DNA of 64,000 bases from Candidatus Fimimonas sp. (lineage in GTDB: Bacteria > Bacillota > Clostridia > Christensenellales > CAG-314): contig JAZRHU010000042.1 of assembly GCA_045644945.1 (NCBI GenBank), forward strand, positions 44,314 to 108,313, written 5' to 3'. Both the position numbers and the translations under genes were made by a program. Of the stretch, positions 1 through 9,515 are shown piece after piece. Each line of letters starts with the position of its first letter. The first letter of the stretch is position 1. The notes below the pieces were generated by a model. It saw only the letters and a program-made list of their open reading frames with translations. It was not told the origin of the DNA and ran no database searches.

Positions 1-412
1 GTTGGATATCTGGTTCAACGGACATTGCTGTACAAATAACAGAAACGTCATTCAAGAATCCCTTAGGGAACAAAGGTCTGATTGGACGGTCAATAAGACG
101 GGATGTCAAGATTGCCTTGTCACTTGCGCGACCTTCACGCTTTTTGAAACCTCCGGGGATTTTACCTACGGAGTACATTTTTTCTTCAAAGTCTACTCCA
201 AGAGGGAAGAAGTCGATTCCGTCTCTTGGTTTTGCAGCGAGTGTTACGTTTGTCATAACTACTGTTTCGCCACATTGTACCATGCAGGAGCCGTTAGCTT
301 GTTCTGCATACTTGCCGATCTCTACGGAAACTGTTCTGCCACCAACTTCAGTTTGGAAGATGTGGTACTTGCGGTTGCCGATTTGACCTTCGATGTGATT
401 GAATTTTTCCAT
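1..412 (-). CDS. pnp: Polyribonucleotide nucleotidyltransferase (PNPase), N-terminal part; the gene runs off the left edge.
   Basis: Manual minus-strand translation from ATG (412-410) gives [116 protein letters not shown], a typical PNPase N-terminus. An AAAGGAG SD lies 7 nt upstream. The rpsO-pnp synteny is canonical. It is absent from the ORF track because no stop lies in the window. Confidence 0.9.
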   Translation of the reverse strand, partial: MEKFNHIEGQIGNRKYHIFQTEVGGRTVSVEIGKYAEQANGSCMVQCGETVVMTNVTLAAKPRDGIDFFPLGVDFEEKMYSVGKIPGGFKKREGRASDKAILTSRLIDRPIRPLFPKGFLNDVSVICTAMSVEPDIQ

Positions 413-490
413 TTTCTTTCTCCTTTCTTTCTCGAAAATCGCTCATGCGATTTCCCATATTTTACCGCGCAGTATTGTTTTTACTGCAAA

Positions 491-534
491 AAATAAAAAA
501 AGGAACAAGAGGATGTATTCCGTCCTCCTATTCC
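491..534 (-). terminator. Intrinsic terminator / attenuator in the rpsO-pnp spacer.
   Basis: Imperfect hairpin GGAACAAGAGGA (502-513) / TCCTCCTATTCC (523-534). On the minus strand it is followed by a T-run (A-run 491-500 on plus). It starts 15 nt after the rpsO stop. Confidence 0.55.
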
Positions 535-548
535 CTTTAATATCATCA

Positions 549-803
549 TTATTTTCTGAGACCGAGTTCAGCAATGATTGCACGATACTTTTCGATGTCA
601 GTTTGTTTGAGGTAGTCCAACAAACCCTTTCTGCGACCTACCATTTGCAAAAGTCCACGACGGGAGTGGTGATCCTTTTGGTGTGTCTTGAGGTGCTCTG
701 TAAGGTGGTTGATGCGTTCTGTCAAAAGTGCAATTTGTACTTCTGGAGAACCTGTGTCGCCCTCTTTTCTGCCGAATTTAGCAATGATTTCTTGTTTTGT
801 CAT
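549..803 (-). CDS. rpsO: 30S ribosomal protein uS15.
   Basis: 84 aa. [52 protein letters not shown] is the S15 family pattern. It lies directly upstream of pnp. Confidence 0.97.
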   Translation of the reverse strand: MTKQEIIAKFGRKEGDTGSPEVQIALLTERINHLTEHLKTHQKDHHSRRGLLQMVGRRKGLLDYLKQTDIEKYRAIIAELGLRK

Positions 804-893
804 TTTAGTTTTCTCCTTGTTTTTTATTTGCCGTTATCCAAGAACAAAGTCGGAGTGATCTTTGTTCGTAGAAAACGGTAGTTGACTTGTTAA

Positions 894-2879
894 TTACTCT
901 TCGTCAGCTGTAGCTGGTGCTTGAGCAGGTTGCTCTGGCTTTGGAAGAAGAGATTTGCGAGACAATGTGATACGTTTACGTTCACCGTCAAATTCAAGAA
1001 CTTCTACTTGAACTTCGTCGCCAATCTTAAGTACTTGGTTGATGTCTTCAATCCATTCCCAAGAAACGTTGGAAACGTGCAAGAGACCATCGATGGACTT
1101 GTCAAGTTGAATGAAAGCACCAAATGGAACAACGCGAGCAACAGTACCTGTTACTACGGAACCAACTGCATACTTTTCTTCAGCTACTTGCCAAGGTTGT
1201 GGTTGAAGTTGTTTGAAACCAAGAGATACTCTGTTCTTTTCACGGTCAAGACCAAGAACAACAAATTCGTAAGTTTCGCCAATTGTCAAAACTTCTTGTG
1301 GGTTGTTTACTCTATCCCAAGAAAGGTCAGATGTATGTGCAAGGCAGTCGAAGCCACGAACATCTACGAATGCGCCAAATGGAGCAAAACGCAAAACTTT
1401 ACCTTCAACGATTTCGTTTACAGCAATGTTGTTCCAGAATTCGTCTTCCTTAGCTTTCTTTTCAGCAAGCAAGATTGCTTTTTGGCTAGCAAAGATAACG
1501 CGCTTAGCATCGTCAACTTTGTCTGCACCGCTTACAACCAAGCGAAGTGTCTTGTTGAGGTATGTTTCAAGGTTTTTAACATAGCCAATCTTGATTTGAG
1601 AAGCATGTACGATAACTGTGTAGCTACCAAGTTTACCTGTCAAACATTCCTTACCAACTCTTGTCATTTTAACTTCGAAGATTTCGCCGTTTTTGATACC
1701 TTCTACGAGAGCGTCATCCTTGTAACGTTCGTCGATAGCTTTCTTGGAAAGAGTGATACCCTTTTCAACGGAGATGATAAGACATTCCAAAGTTGTTTCG
1801 TCTACAACAAGTGTGGATTTTACAGCTTTGTAGTCGCCGTCAAGCGCCAATTCTTCGTTAGGAATAAATGCGTTGCGCTTGGAGCTTGGGATGCTAACGT
1901 AAACACCGTCATCACTTACTTGCACTACAAGGCACTTAACTTTGTTACCAGGTCTGTACTTGTGACCTTCTTTCATGTCGTTAACTGCTTTAGCAAGCAT
2001 TGCTTCGTCTTTGCTCATTACCTTTTCAGTTACTACTGTTTCTACGGAAACAGCGTCATTTGCAATTTCTGTCATTGTTTTAAAAACCCCCTTCACCAAC
2101 TCCTCGGGAGTTGATGCGCCTGAAATGAAACATACGTTTCGTGTATTATTATCGAAAGCAATTTCTGATACATTTCCATCTGTCAAAATGGTCTTGCAAT
2201 TTTGCGATGCGATCTCAAACAGACGTTTTGTGTTAGAACTGTTTTTGTCGCCCACAACTACCGCTAAATCACTCTGTTTAGACAAAATTTGGGCATAATA
2301 TTGCCTTACCGTAGTAGTATAACAAATTGTGTTAAATATTTCAAGCGTTTTAACACCCTCTGATAAAAGATTTTTTAAACTTTTTTCAAAAAATCGCGTA
2401 TCAAAGGTCGTTTGGAACATAACAAGCACCTTTTCGTGCCCTTTTACGTCCAAAACGCTCTTTCCATCAAAAATGAGTGCACTGTTATTGCACCACCCAT
2501 TTATGCCCACAATTTCCGGATGTTTGGCATCCCCAACAAGCACAATTTGGTAGCCATCACGATAGTACTTTTGCGCTTTTTGTTGGATAGCTTTTACCGA
2601 TGGACAGGTTGCATCTACAACCTTGATATTTCTTGCTTTTGCTTGCTCGAAAACTGTTGGTGGAACGCCATGAGCGCGTACAATCATCGTTGCGCCTTCT
2701 GGCACGTCATCAACACTTTGCACTGTCAAAATGCCCTTTTGACGCAACTGCTCGATTACAGTTTGATTGTGAACGATGTCGCCCAAACAATAGGCGCCAC
2801 CTTCCACCGCCAAAGCTTTGTTGATGGCACTTTGAACGCCCTTGCAAAAGCCAATTTCTTTTGGTAACAAAAATTTCAT
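894..2879 (-). CDS. ispH: Bifunctional 4-hydroxy-3-methylbut-2-enyl diphosphate reductase (IspH/LytB) fused to ribosomal protein S1-like repeats.
   Basis: 661 aa. The N-terminal ~280 aa is IspH-like (MKFLLPKEIGFCKGVQSAI, HNQTVI, ATCPSV). The C-terminal ~370 aa carries repeated S1 motifs (FGAFVDVRGFDCLAHTSDLSW, FGAFIQLDKSIDGLLHVSNVSW). Confidence 0.9.
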   Translation of the reverse strand: MKFLLPKEIGFCKGVQSAINKALAVEGGAYCLGDIVHNQTVIEQLRQKGILTVQSVDDVPEGATMIVRAHGVPPTVFEQAKARNIKVVDATCPSVKAIQQKAQKYYRDGYQIVLVGDAKHPEIVGINGWCNNSALIFDGKSVLDVKGHEKVLVMFQTTFDTRFFEKSLKNLLSEGVKTLEIFNTICYTTTVRQYYAQILSKQSDLAVVVGDKNSSNTKRLFEIASQNCKTILTDGNVSEIAFDNNTRNVCFISGASTPEELVKGVFKTMTEIANDAVSVETVVTEKVMSKDEAMLAKAVNDMKEGHKYRPGNKVKCLVVQVSDDGVYVSIPSSKRNAFIPNEELALDGDYKAVKSTLVVDETTLECLIISVEKGITLSKKAIDERYKDDALVEGIKNGEIFEVKMTRVGKECLTGKLGSYTVIVHASQIKIGYVKNLETYLNKTLRLVVSGADKVDDAKRVIFASQKAILLAEKKAKEDEFWNNIAVNEIVEGKVLRFAPFGAFVDVRGFDCLAHTSDLSWDRVNNPQEVLTIGETYEFVVLGLDREKNRVSLGFKQLQPQPWQVAEEKYAVGSVVTGTVARVVPFGAFIQLDKSIDGLLHVSNVSWEWIEDINQVLKIGDEVQVEVLEFDGERKRITLSRKSLLPKPEQPAQAPATADEE

Positions 2880-2985
2880 TTTGTATCCTTGTTTTCTTCT
2901 GAAGATGACAAAATCTCCAAAATGAATAAATTTTACAGTAAAATCAATTTTGAATATCTCGAATGTGCCTAAAAGCTACTTCCGC

Positions 2986-3774
2986 CTACATATCCAGAAT
3001 GTCGCCTTCGCTAGCTACACCAACAACACTCTCGCCATCAGTTGGCTGGTTGTTATCCGCAGGCAAATCCATAACAAATGTATTTGCAATCACTTCTTCC
3101 GCTCTGTCGCCATACTCAATGTAAAGTTGCTTTAGTTCTTTTTTAGTGTATTTGCGGTGCTTTTTGCCCTTTTGCACCAAAATTGCATTAAGTTGTTTGC
3201 GAAGTTCATCCATCTTTGCTTGAAGATACTCCGTAACCTCTTGCAAAAGAGCTTTGCTGATAGGCTTGCCGTAAAATTGATCGAGAGTAAACTCATCGCC
3301 AATAATCATGTAGTTTTTGCGGAAAGTTTTGGTTTTTTCCCAAATATAAAACAATCTGATGGGTGCTTGCGACTTTAAAGCAAACAATGCCGCACCCTTT
3401 CTAAAAGGCAACAAGCAGTTATGTGCCGCATTGCGGTGCCCTTCGGGAGTTACGAGGACATTGTGTCCGTCATTCAATCTTTCCAAGCCGATTTTAACCG
3501 AAGATATATCGACATCACCACGACTTACCGGTATAGCGCGAAAATCGCGGAAAATCCAGTTAAGTGGCCAAATTTTTTCCAATTCCTTTTTATACATAAC
3601 GCAGGGCATCTCACCCTTAGTCCACAGGTAGAACATCACAGTATCGTACCCAGAAACGTGATTACCCAGGTATAAACAGGCCTTCTTTTCGCGTTTTTTG
3701 TTACCAAAAACCTTGCATGGAAGGAACAGTCGCACCAAATATTTAACTATACTAGCCAAAAAGCGTAAAAACAT
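2986..3774 (-). CDS. plsC: 1-acyl-sn-glycerol-3-phosphate acyltransferase family protein.
   Basis: 262 aa. Acyltransferase HX4D block GNHVSGYD and VTPEGHRN block. It neighbours ispH/S1, as is common in Firmicutes. Confidence 0.8.
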   Translation of the reverse strand: MFLRFLASIVKYLVRLFLPCKVFGNKKREKKACLYLGNHVSGYDTVMFYLWTKGEMPCVMYKKELEKIWPLNWIFRDFRAIPVSRGDVDISSVKIGLERLNDGHNVLVTPEGHRNAAHNCLLPFRKGAALFALKSQAPIRLFYIWEKTKTFRKNYMIIGDEFTLDQFYGKPISKALLQEVTEYLQAKMDELRKQLNAILVQKGKKHRKYTKKELKQLYIEYGDRAEEVIANTFVMDLPADNNQPTDGESVVGVASEGDILDM

Positions 3775-3942
3775 GTTATATCCTTATATATTACGATTGC
3801 AAAATCTCGCCAACAATTGTGCGAGAAAATGACAAAATAGTCCAAAGACAATTTCGAACTACATCAACCTTTGATTAGTAAAATGTAGACAAAAAGAGCA
3901 TGAACTATAATTTAGCACCAAGAAGATCACTAGTTAGACAAG

Positions 3943-4299
3943 CTATTTTAAATCGGGACGAAGACACTCGGCACCATCAAGATAGCAATGATAAACATCC
4001 TGTTGAATAATATTTGAAGTTGTTACCACACAAATGCGGATACACTTTTGCAAAGCTCCAACAACATCCATTTCTTGTACACACATAAAAGCAACGTTGG
4101 ATAGTTCGGCAAAACTTTCGCGCACAAATTTTGCAGGGTAACAAGCATCGATATCTTTTGTTACAGTAAATAGTACAGCCTCAATATCGCAAAAATTCAA
4201 ACTGTTTTTGCAAACAACTTCGTCAAAAAGCTTTAATGTTTGCCTTTTTACACTTTCAACATTGTTTTCAGCACAAATTGCACCTCTAATCCAAGCCAT
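3943..4299 (-). CDS. aroH: AroH-class monofunctional chorismate mutase.
   Basis: MAWIRGAICAENNVESVKRQ, YPAKFVRE, CVQEMDVVGALQKCIRI and RPDL parallel the Bacillus AroH pattern (IRGIRGATT, FPAKAVRE, CMQEMDVTGGLKKCIRV, RPDL). I moved the start to ATG 4299, which has an AAAGGAG SD and abuts the upstream stop. Confidence 0.8.
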   Translation of the reverse strand: MAWIRGAICAENNVESVKRQTLKLFDEVVCKNSLNFCDIEAVLFTVTKDIDACYPAKFVRESFAELSNVAFMCVQEMDVVGALQKCIRICVVTTSNIIQQDVYHCYLDGAECLRPDLK

Positions 4300-4300
4300 A

Positions 4301-5524
4301 TTACCACTCCTTTGATGCACTCATACCAGCAACATAGCCAGTAGAAAGAGCAATTTGAATATTAAATCCACCCGTCAAAGCATCAACGTCCAAAACTTCG
4401 CCTGCAAAGTACAAGCCCTCTACAAGCTTGCTCTCCATTGTGGAAGGAGAAACTTCCGCAACATCCACGCCACCACTTGTAACGATGCCGTATTCGATGG
4501 AATCGAGTGCAACCTTTGCAAATGTTAGGCACTTTAGCGTAGTTACAAGATTTTTACGCTCTTGTGCAGTGATTTGGTTTACTTTTTTATAAAGCGGAAC
4601 TCCACATCTCTCCGCAACAAACAAGCGAAGACGCTCAGGCAAAAGTTGATCGAGAGAATTTGCAAAATCTTTGTTCATTCGCTCAGAAAAATCCCTCAAG
4701 ATGCGAGCGTCCAATTTTTCTTCGTCCAACGCAGGTTTCAAATCAATGGCAATCTTGCACCCATTGAGATTTGTTTTGTTAATTCTCGATGACAAACTCA
4801 GCACCGCCGGGCCACTTACACCATTGCTAGTAAAAAGCATTTCGCCAAACTCACTTGCAATAGTTTTGCCGTTGGCATCCACAAGACTTACTTCTACATT
4901 TTTGAGAGTTAGGCCTTCCAAAGATTTACAACCATCACACAACACGCGACACAAAGCTGGTCTCAATGGCAACACCTTGTGACCAAGAGATTTTGCAAAG
5001 TTGTAGCCATCGCCACAACTGCCAGTTGCGCTATAACTTTTGCCACCGGTGGCAATAATTACCCTGTCAAACGATATTATGTCTGTGATAGTAGTTAACA
5101 AAAAGCCACTTTCTTGATATTCAATCTTGGAAATTTGCTCATTTAGGCAAATTTTGACACCACTACGCAACAGTTGTTGGGTAAATAGCTTGATGACATC
5201 GCTAGACTTGTCACTTGCTGGAAACACCCTGTTTCCACGTTCAACCTTGAGTTGCAAGCCACGAGATTGACAAAAATCCATTGTATCTTGTGGTGTAAAT
5301 TTGTGCAAAGCACCCAAAACGAATTTTGGATTTGTTACAACGTTTGCAACAAAATCTCTAACAGAACAATCGTTTGTGAGGTTGCATCTGCCCTTGCCTG
5401 CAATATACATCTTTTTGCCCGTCTTTTCGTTTTGTTCAAACAAGGTTACATCAGCACCATTTTCCGCGGCAGTTATCGCCGCCATCATTCCCGCTGGGCC
5501 ACCGCCGATTACAGCTATTTTCAT
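4301..5524 (-). CDS. NAD(P)/FAD-dependent oxidoreductase, HI0933/BaiN-like flavoprotein family.
   Basis: 407 aa. N-terminal dinucleotide-binding fold MKIAVIGGGPAGMMAAITAAENG. GKGRCNLTN and ATGGKSY blocks are typical of the HI0933 family. Confidence 0.8.
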   Translation of the reverse strand: MKIAVIGGGPAGMMAAITAAENGADVTLFEQNEKTGKKMYIAGKGRCNLTNDCSVRDFVANVVTNPKFVLGALHKFTPQDTMDFCQSRGLQLKVERGNRVFPASDKSSDVIKLFTQQLLRSGVKICLNEQISKIEYQESGFLLTTITDIISFDRVIIATGGKSYSATGSCGDGYNFAKSLGHKVLPLRPALCRVLCDGCKSLEGLTLKNVEVSLVDANGKTIASEFGEMLFTSNGVSGPAVLSLSSRINKTNLNGCKIAIDLKPALDEEKLDARILRDFSERMNKDFANSLDQLLPERLRLFVAERCGVPLYKKVNQITAQERKNLVTTLKCLTFAKVALDSIEYGIVTSGGVDVAEVSPSTMESKLVEGLYFAGEVLDVDALTGGFNIQIALSTGYVAGMSASKEW

Positions 5525-6261
5525 GATTCCAACCCCTTCAAACTATCGATTGCTTTGTAGTTTGTACGTTCGAGAGTCAATGGCACTATCACAATATATC
5601 CATCGTCGCACAATGTAATATCGCTAATTTCGCCAGTAACCTTGAGTTTGTCGCCCGTGTGGAACCAACGGTGAGGATCCTCCGTAGGCGCAAAGTAGTC
5701 GTTCCAGTTGGCTGACATACTTTGGCGTGTTACGCGAACCCCCTTTATTTGGTCAAGCGGAAGATTAGGCACGTTGATATTCAACAAAGTGTAAGGAATA
5801 TCCACTTGAGCAAGTTGTTGCAAATTTCTGCAAACATACTCCACCGCTGAGCTAAAAGCCACGTTGTAGCCCGCGCGAGAAAGCGCAATGCTCTTGATAC
5901 CACATGCAACCCCCTCCTCGGCGGCAGCAATTGTGCCAGAATACATAGCGGAGTCGCCATAGTTGTCGCCATTGTTTGGGCCGGAAATTAGCAAGTCGAA
6001 CTTGATACCAAGACAGCTGTCGGCATATTTTACACAATCAGCAGGAGTACCTTCGCAAATATATGCATCAACTGCACCACAATAGTTATCTAACTTTTGG
6101 ATAAGCAAGTTTTTGTAAAAATTGACGGAATGAGAGCATGCGGAACGATTTCCGTCAGGCGCAACAACATAAACATTGTGGCCCAAGGCGGAAAGTTTTT
6201 CCGTCAGTAGCATAAGTCCACTGCTCAAATATCCGTCATCGTTTGTAAGAAGTATGTTCAT
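5521..6261 (-). CDS. surE: 5'/3'-nucleotidase SurE.
   Basis: 246 aa. MNILLTNDDGYLSSGL is the SurE N-terminal signature. GPNNGDNYGDSAMYSGTIAAAEEG is also present. A 4-nt ATGA overlap links it to the downstream gene. Confidence 0.9.
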   Translation of the reverse strand: MNILLTNDDGYLSSGLMLLTEKLSALGHNVYVVAPDGNRSACSHSVNFYKNLLIQKLDNYCGAVDAYICEGTPADCVKYADSCLGIKFDLLISGPNNGDNYGDSAMYSGTIAAAEEGVACGIKSIALSRAGYNVAFSSAVEYVCRNLQQLAQVDIPYTLLNINVPNLPLDQIKGVRVTRQSMSANWNDYFAPTEDPHRWFHTGDKLKVTGEISDITLCDDGYIVIVPLTLERTNYKAIDSLKGLES

Positions 6262-6262
6262 A

Positions 6263-6964
6263 TTACAAGTTTTTGAGGTAATTTACCTCTTTATCTGTCA
6301 AAAATCTGTATTTGCAACGTTGCAAACCACCAAGATGCAAGTCACCAATAGCAACACGTTTCAAAAATTCCACTTCTTTACCAACAGCTTCGAACATCTT
6401 CTTGATTTGTCTGTTTCTGCCTTCATGAATGGTAATTTCCACGCGAGTATGATGAACATCGCCCTCTAGCACTTTTACGATAGCTGGAGCAGTAACTTTG
6501 CCGTCCACCATGACACCTTTTTCCAGCTGTCTTACATCAGCATCTTCAAGCTTGCCGGAAATGCGTGCAATGTAGGTTTTAGAAACTTCGTTGCTTGGGT
6601 GTGTTAGCTTGTTTGCAAGGTCGCCATCGTTCGTCAAGAGAAGCAATCCTTCGGTATCGTAGTCCAAACGACCAACAGGGTAAACACGACTATGGATATC
6701 CTTGACAAAATCCATAACGGTTTTTCTGCCAAGGTCGTCTGTTACAGTTGTAACACATCCCTTTGGTTTGTGGAGCATGATGTATGTAAGTTTTTTACCA
6801 CTACCAACACGCTTACCATTTACGGAAACCTTGTCGCCAATTTCTACTTGAGTAGTTACCGTTGCAACTTTGTCGTTTACCTTTACTTTGCCTTCTTCAA
6901 TAAGTTTGTCACAAGCACGACGGCTACCAACGCCACAATCGGCTAAATATTTATTAAGTCTCAT
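6263..6964 (-). CDS. rluB: Pseudouridine synthase, RsuA/RluB family, with an N-terminal S4 domain.
   Basis: 233 aa. MRLNKYLADCGVGSRRACDKLIEEGKVKVN is the S4 domain. The catalytic block is GRLDYDTEGLLLLTNDG. HEGRNRQIKKM is also present. Confidence 0.88.
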   Translation of the reverse strand: MRLNKYLADCGVGSRRACDKLIEEGKVKVNDKVATVTTQVEIGDKVSVNGKRVGSGKKLTYIMLHKPKGCVTTVTDDLGRKTVMDFVKDIHSRVYPVGRLDYDTEGLLLLTNDGDLANKLTHPSNEVSKTYIARISGKLEDADVRQLEKGVMVDGKVTAPAIVKVLEGDVHHTRVEITIHEGRNRQIKKMFEAVGKEVEFLKRVAIGDLHLGGLQRCKYRFLTDKEVNYLKNL

Positions 6965-7311
6965 ACGTAGTCCTTTGGGGTAATTGGGTCAACCTGTCAA
7001 CAGACCAAAATACCCATTAAAAAAATGCTACTTTGATTGTAGCATTTTTCGTGAAAAATAGCAAGTACTTGCATATAGTTGAGATATATTATATCTATAT
7101 TGTATAAATTCGGCAGAAATTCATCAAATTGCATGACATTTTAGCAAAATTTTACACTTACACTACAAAGAAATTTTGCAAAATTTCAAACGAACACAAT
7201 CGAAATGATGGATTCTACCACAAGGGATACTCCAAAGATTGCGGAATACACATTTGCAACTCCGCTTTTTACAGCAAAATTCCCACACTTACATCAAATT
7301 TGAATCTAGAA

Positions 7312-8607
7312 TTATTCAATCGCTTTTAGCTCGAGGGTCTTAACAATTGAGCCATCAAGCAAAATATCCAAAGTTTGAGTTTGCTCTGTCAAAGTAATGT
7401 TGCGAGTTAATTTTTCGCCAGCAGTCACTGGGTAGCTAAAACCGTCCTCACAGTAGTAGTAAGTTGGGGTGTTATTTTTGTAAACCACACCACAAAGTTT
7501 GTTTTGGGGCACAATGCAAACATTGCGATAATTTGCAAATGCAACGTCCAACATTTTGGCAGTTTCCTCAAACATGGGCCCACAATTCAAAACAACCACA
7601 ACAACTTGCATACCATTTCGAGTCGCACTGCCTACAAAACACCGCCCCGCCTTTTTAGTGTAGCCAGTTTTTACACCATCAGCATCGACAAAACTACTAA
7701 GCAACTTGTTTTTGTTGGTTAAAACACGTGGATACTCGTAGCCATCGTTTGCAATTTTTAAGCTTTTTGTACTAACAATTTTAGCAAAATCGTCATTTTT
7801 TAACGCATTGCACGTAATTTTTGCCAAATCCTTTGCAGTTGTGTAGTGATTTTCATCATGCAATCCATGTGGATTTACAAAGTTACTATCCGTACACCCC
7901 AAATCCTTTGCAGTTTTGTTCATCATTTCTGAAAAAATCTTAACACTACCGCCAACGTGCAAGGCCAATGCTACGGCGCAATCGTTACCACTACGTAACA
8001 TAAGACCGTACAAAAGTTCTCGCACCGTTAGCTTTTCCCCTTCGCGGAGATAAATTGACGAGCCTTCGACACCGCACGCCTCTTTAGGAATTACCACAAC
8101 ATCCTCCAATGATGAATTATTAAGCACAGTTAACGCTGTAACAATTTTGGTCGTGCTTGCCATAGGTAGCCGTTTAGAGTAGTCCTTTTCGAACAAAATG
8201 CGACCAGAATCGCGTTCCATAACCACACAAGAGGATGCAGTTGTCGCAAAATTTGCAAGATTTTTGCCAGAATAAGCCTCTTCTAATACCGATTCACTTG
8301 TAAAATCGCCTTCAAATTGAGGTAGATCTGCACTGCCGGAAGCATTTTTTGCATCGCGAACATTTGCTTGTTCCAACTCGAATTTTGCTCCATTGGATAT
8401 CGAATACTTGCCAGAATGAAGCATGAGCGACTGATTGCAATCAAAGCAATTGCAATATTGTTCACTACAACTGTAACAATCCACAAGTTCACCAAATGCA
8501 CGTCTTGTAAAACTAAATACGGACGCGTGCTCATTGGATACAAATATCAACGTAAACAAACTAAATAAAAATATCGTTACACAAACTATAAGCAGTAGTT
8601 TTTTCAT
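7312..8607 (-). CDS. Serine-type D-Ala-D-Ala carboxypeptidase (PBP5-like) with a ~110-aa Cys-rich N-terminal extension.
   Basis: 431 aa. N-terminal TM anchor. SxxK = ASTTKIVT, SxN = RSGND, KTG = VKTGYT. It starts 2 nt after the ytfJ stop, so it is probably in an operon with ytfI-ytfJ. Confidence 0.85.
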   Translation of the reverse strand: MKKLLLIVCVTIFLFSLFTLIFVSNEHASVFSFTRRAFGELVDCYSCSEQYCNCFDCNQSLMLHSGKYSISNGAKFELEQANVRDAKNASGSADLPQFEGDFTSESVLEEAYSGKNLANFATTASSCVVMERDSGRILFEKDYSKRLPMASTTKIVTALTVLNNSSLEDVVVIPKEACGVEGSSIYLREGEKLTVRELLYGLMLRSGNDCAVALALHVGGSVKIFSEMMNKTAKDLGCTDSNFVNPHGLHDENHYTTAKDLAKITCNALKNDDFAKIVSTKSLKIANDGYEYPRVLTNKNKLLSSFVDADGVKTGYTKKAGRCFVGSATRNGMQVVVVVLNCGPMFEETAKMLDVAFANYRNVCIVPQNKLCGVVYKNNTPTYYYCEDGFSYPVTAGEKLTRNITLTEQTQTLDILLDGSIVKTLELKAIE

Positions 8608-8608
8608 A

Positions 8609-8974
8609 TCATTTCAGTTTGGTAAGCCCTTTGGCAATATCAATGATTTTATCCAATGGCGAATCGGAATCAATAGTAACCATATCGATACCATCATCGC
8701 CAATAACAAGAAACCCAATCGGCTTCATTGTTGCGCCACCTCCAGATCCACCAGCAAAATTGCCGTCAATGTTGTTTTTCGCATATGATTTGGTCAAATT
8801 CTTGTTGCCGTACTCGCCGCCACCTGCCACAAAAGCAAATGTAATTTGAGAAATAGGCAATATAGTTGTTCCATCCAATACAAGGATAGGTTTGCCAACT
8901 ATACTATTAACTTCGGCAGCTTTTGTCAGATTGGCAATAGCACTTTCCACTATATCATTGATTTGCGTTTGCAT
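8609..8974 (-). CDS. ytfJ: Sporulation protein YtfJ/GerW family.
   Basis: 121 aa. The pattern IVGKPILVLDGTTILPISQITFAFVAGGGEYG ... GGSGGGATMKPIGFLVI is characteristic of the YtfJ family. Confidence 0.85.
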   Translation of the reverse strand: MQTQINDIVESAIANLTKAAEVNSIVGKPILVLDGTTILPISQITFAFVAGGGEYGNKNLTKSYAKNNIDGNFAGGSGGGATMKPIGFLVIGDDGIDMVTIDSDSPLDKIIDIAKGLTKLK

Positions 8975-9480
8975 CGTTCGACTCCTTGTTTAATAAAACA
9001 AAATGATAGTTCTGCAACGCTGACACTTCCCTTTACACAAATTTGCAAATCAGAAATGTTAGCAAAATTATCACAAATGCAACCAAACTGACAATGTGTC
9101 AAAGCACACACAGCAGGACAGACAGAACTGATGAACGCGCTTAGAGCAACCATCACACTAGGATTTAGGTTGGACAAATCATTGCGCAAATAAATCAGGA
9201 CACTGTCCAAAGTGATGCATTTAGCAATGTCAATTCCGCTATTGTTGGTTTGCTTGTCAGTCTGCAAATACCCTTGAACCGTTCCCTTGTATCCAACACC
9301 ATTGCCATCAACAAACACCTCTTGATTGGCAAACGGCAAGAAAAATACCTTTATCCAAACATTCAAAACCATTTGTCCAAAGACATATCTAAGTCGCACA
9401 GTTAATGGTATCGGAGTGAAAATCAGTAGCAGAAATATCAGCATTGCAGTTGCAACTATCATCAAGATTAGATTGCGCAA
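8950..9480 (-). CDS. ytfI: DUF2953/YtfI-like sporulation membrane protein. The start is uncertain (TTG 9480 or ATG 9462).
   Basis: 176 aa with an N-terminal TM helix. It sits immediately upstream of ytfJ and overlaps it, matching the Bacillus ytfI-ytfJ pair. There is no strong SD. Confidence 0.5.
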   Translation of the reverse strand: MRNLILMIVATAMLIFLLLIFTPIPLTVRLRYVFGQMVLNVWIKVFFLPFANQEVFVDGNGVGYKGTVQGYLQTDKQTNNSGIDIAKCITLDSVLIYLRNDLSNLNPSVMVALSAFISSVCPAVCALTHCQFGCICDNFANISDLQICVKGSVSVAELSFCFIKQGVERCKRKSMI

Positions 9481-9515
9481 AATTACTATTTGTATGCAAA
9501 AAATATCTAAAATTG

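Noticed and set aside
2-496. A 164-aa plus-strand ORF at the left edge.
   Set aside because: It is antisense to the clearly recognisable N-terminus of pnp (minus strand, ATG at 412). It has no motifs and no SD.
921-2114. Very long plus-strand ORFs lying antisense to minus-strand genes. They are 921-2114 (397 aa), 14689-15441, 18873-19856, 23398-24477, 24526-25506, 46866-47825, 50891-51652 and 52073-52726.
   Set aside because: Each lies wholly inside, and opposite to, a gene with unmistakable family signatures (ispH/S1, deoB, smc, ackA, pta, relA, the SecD-like gene, yebC). Their translations are Cys/Phe/Val/Asn-rich with no motifs and no SD. They are explained by codon bias in the true frame, which leaves few stop triplets on the opposite strand.
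7051-7311. A 260-bp stretch without annotation between the dac stop and a hairpin at 7019-7050, including a 66-aa plus-strand ORF (7129-7329).
   Set aside because: The ORF has no SD, overlaps the dac 3' end and has no recognisable sequence. I saw no convincing RNA structure or riboswitch core, so I leave it as an unusually long 3' UTR or spacer.
9473-9480. The palindrome TTGCGCAA recurs near the Box A copies (9473-9480, 26923-26930, near-copy 17723-17730) and in the infC leader.
   Set aside because: The same 8-mer also occurs inside several coding regions (for example 9182-9189, 16808-16815, 28243-28250). It looks like a compositionally favoured word, compatible with common Leu-Arg-Lys codons, not a specific site.
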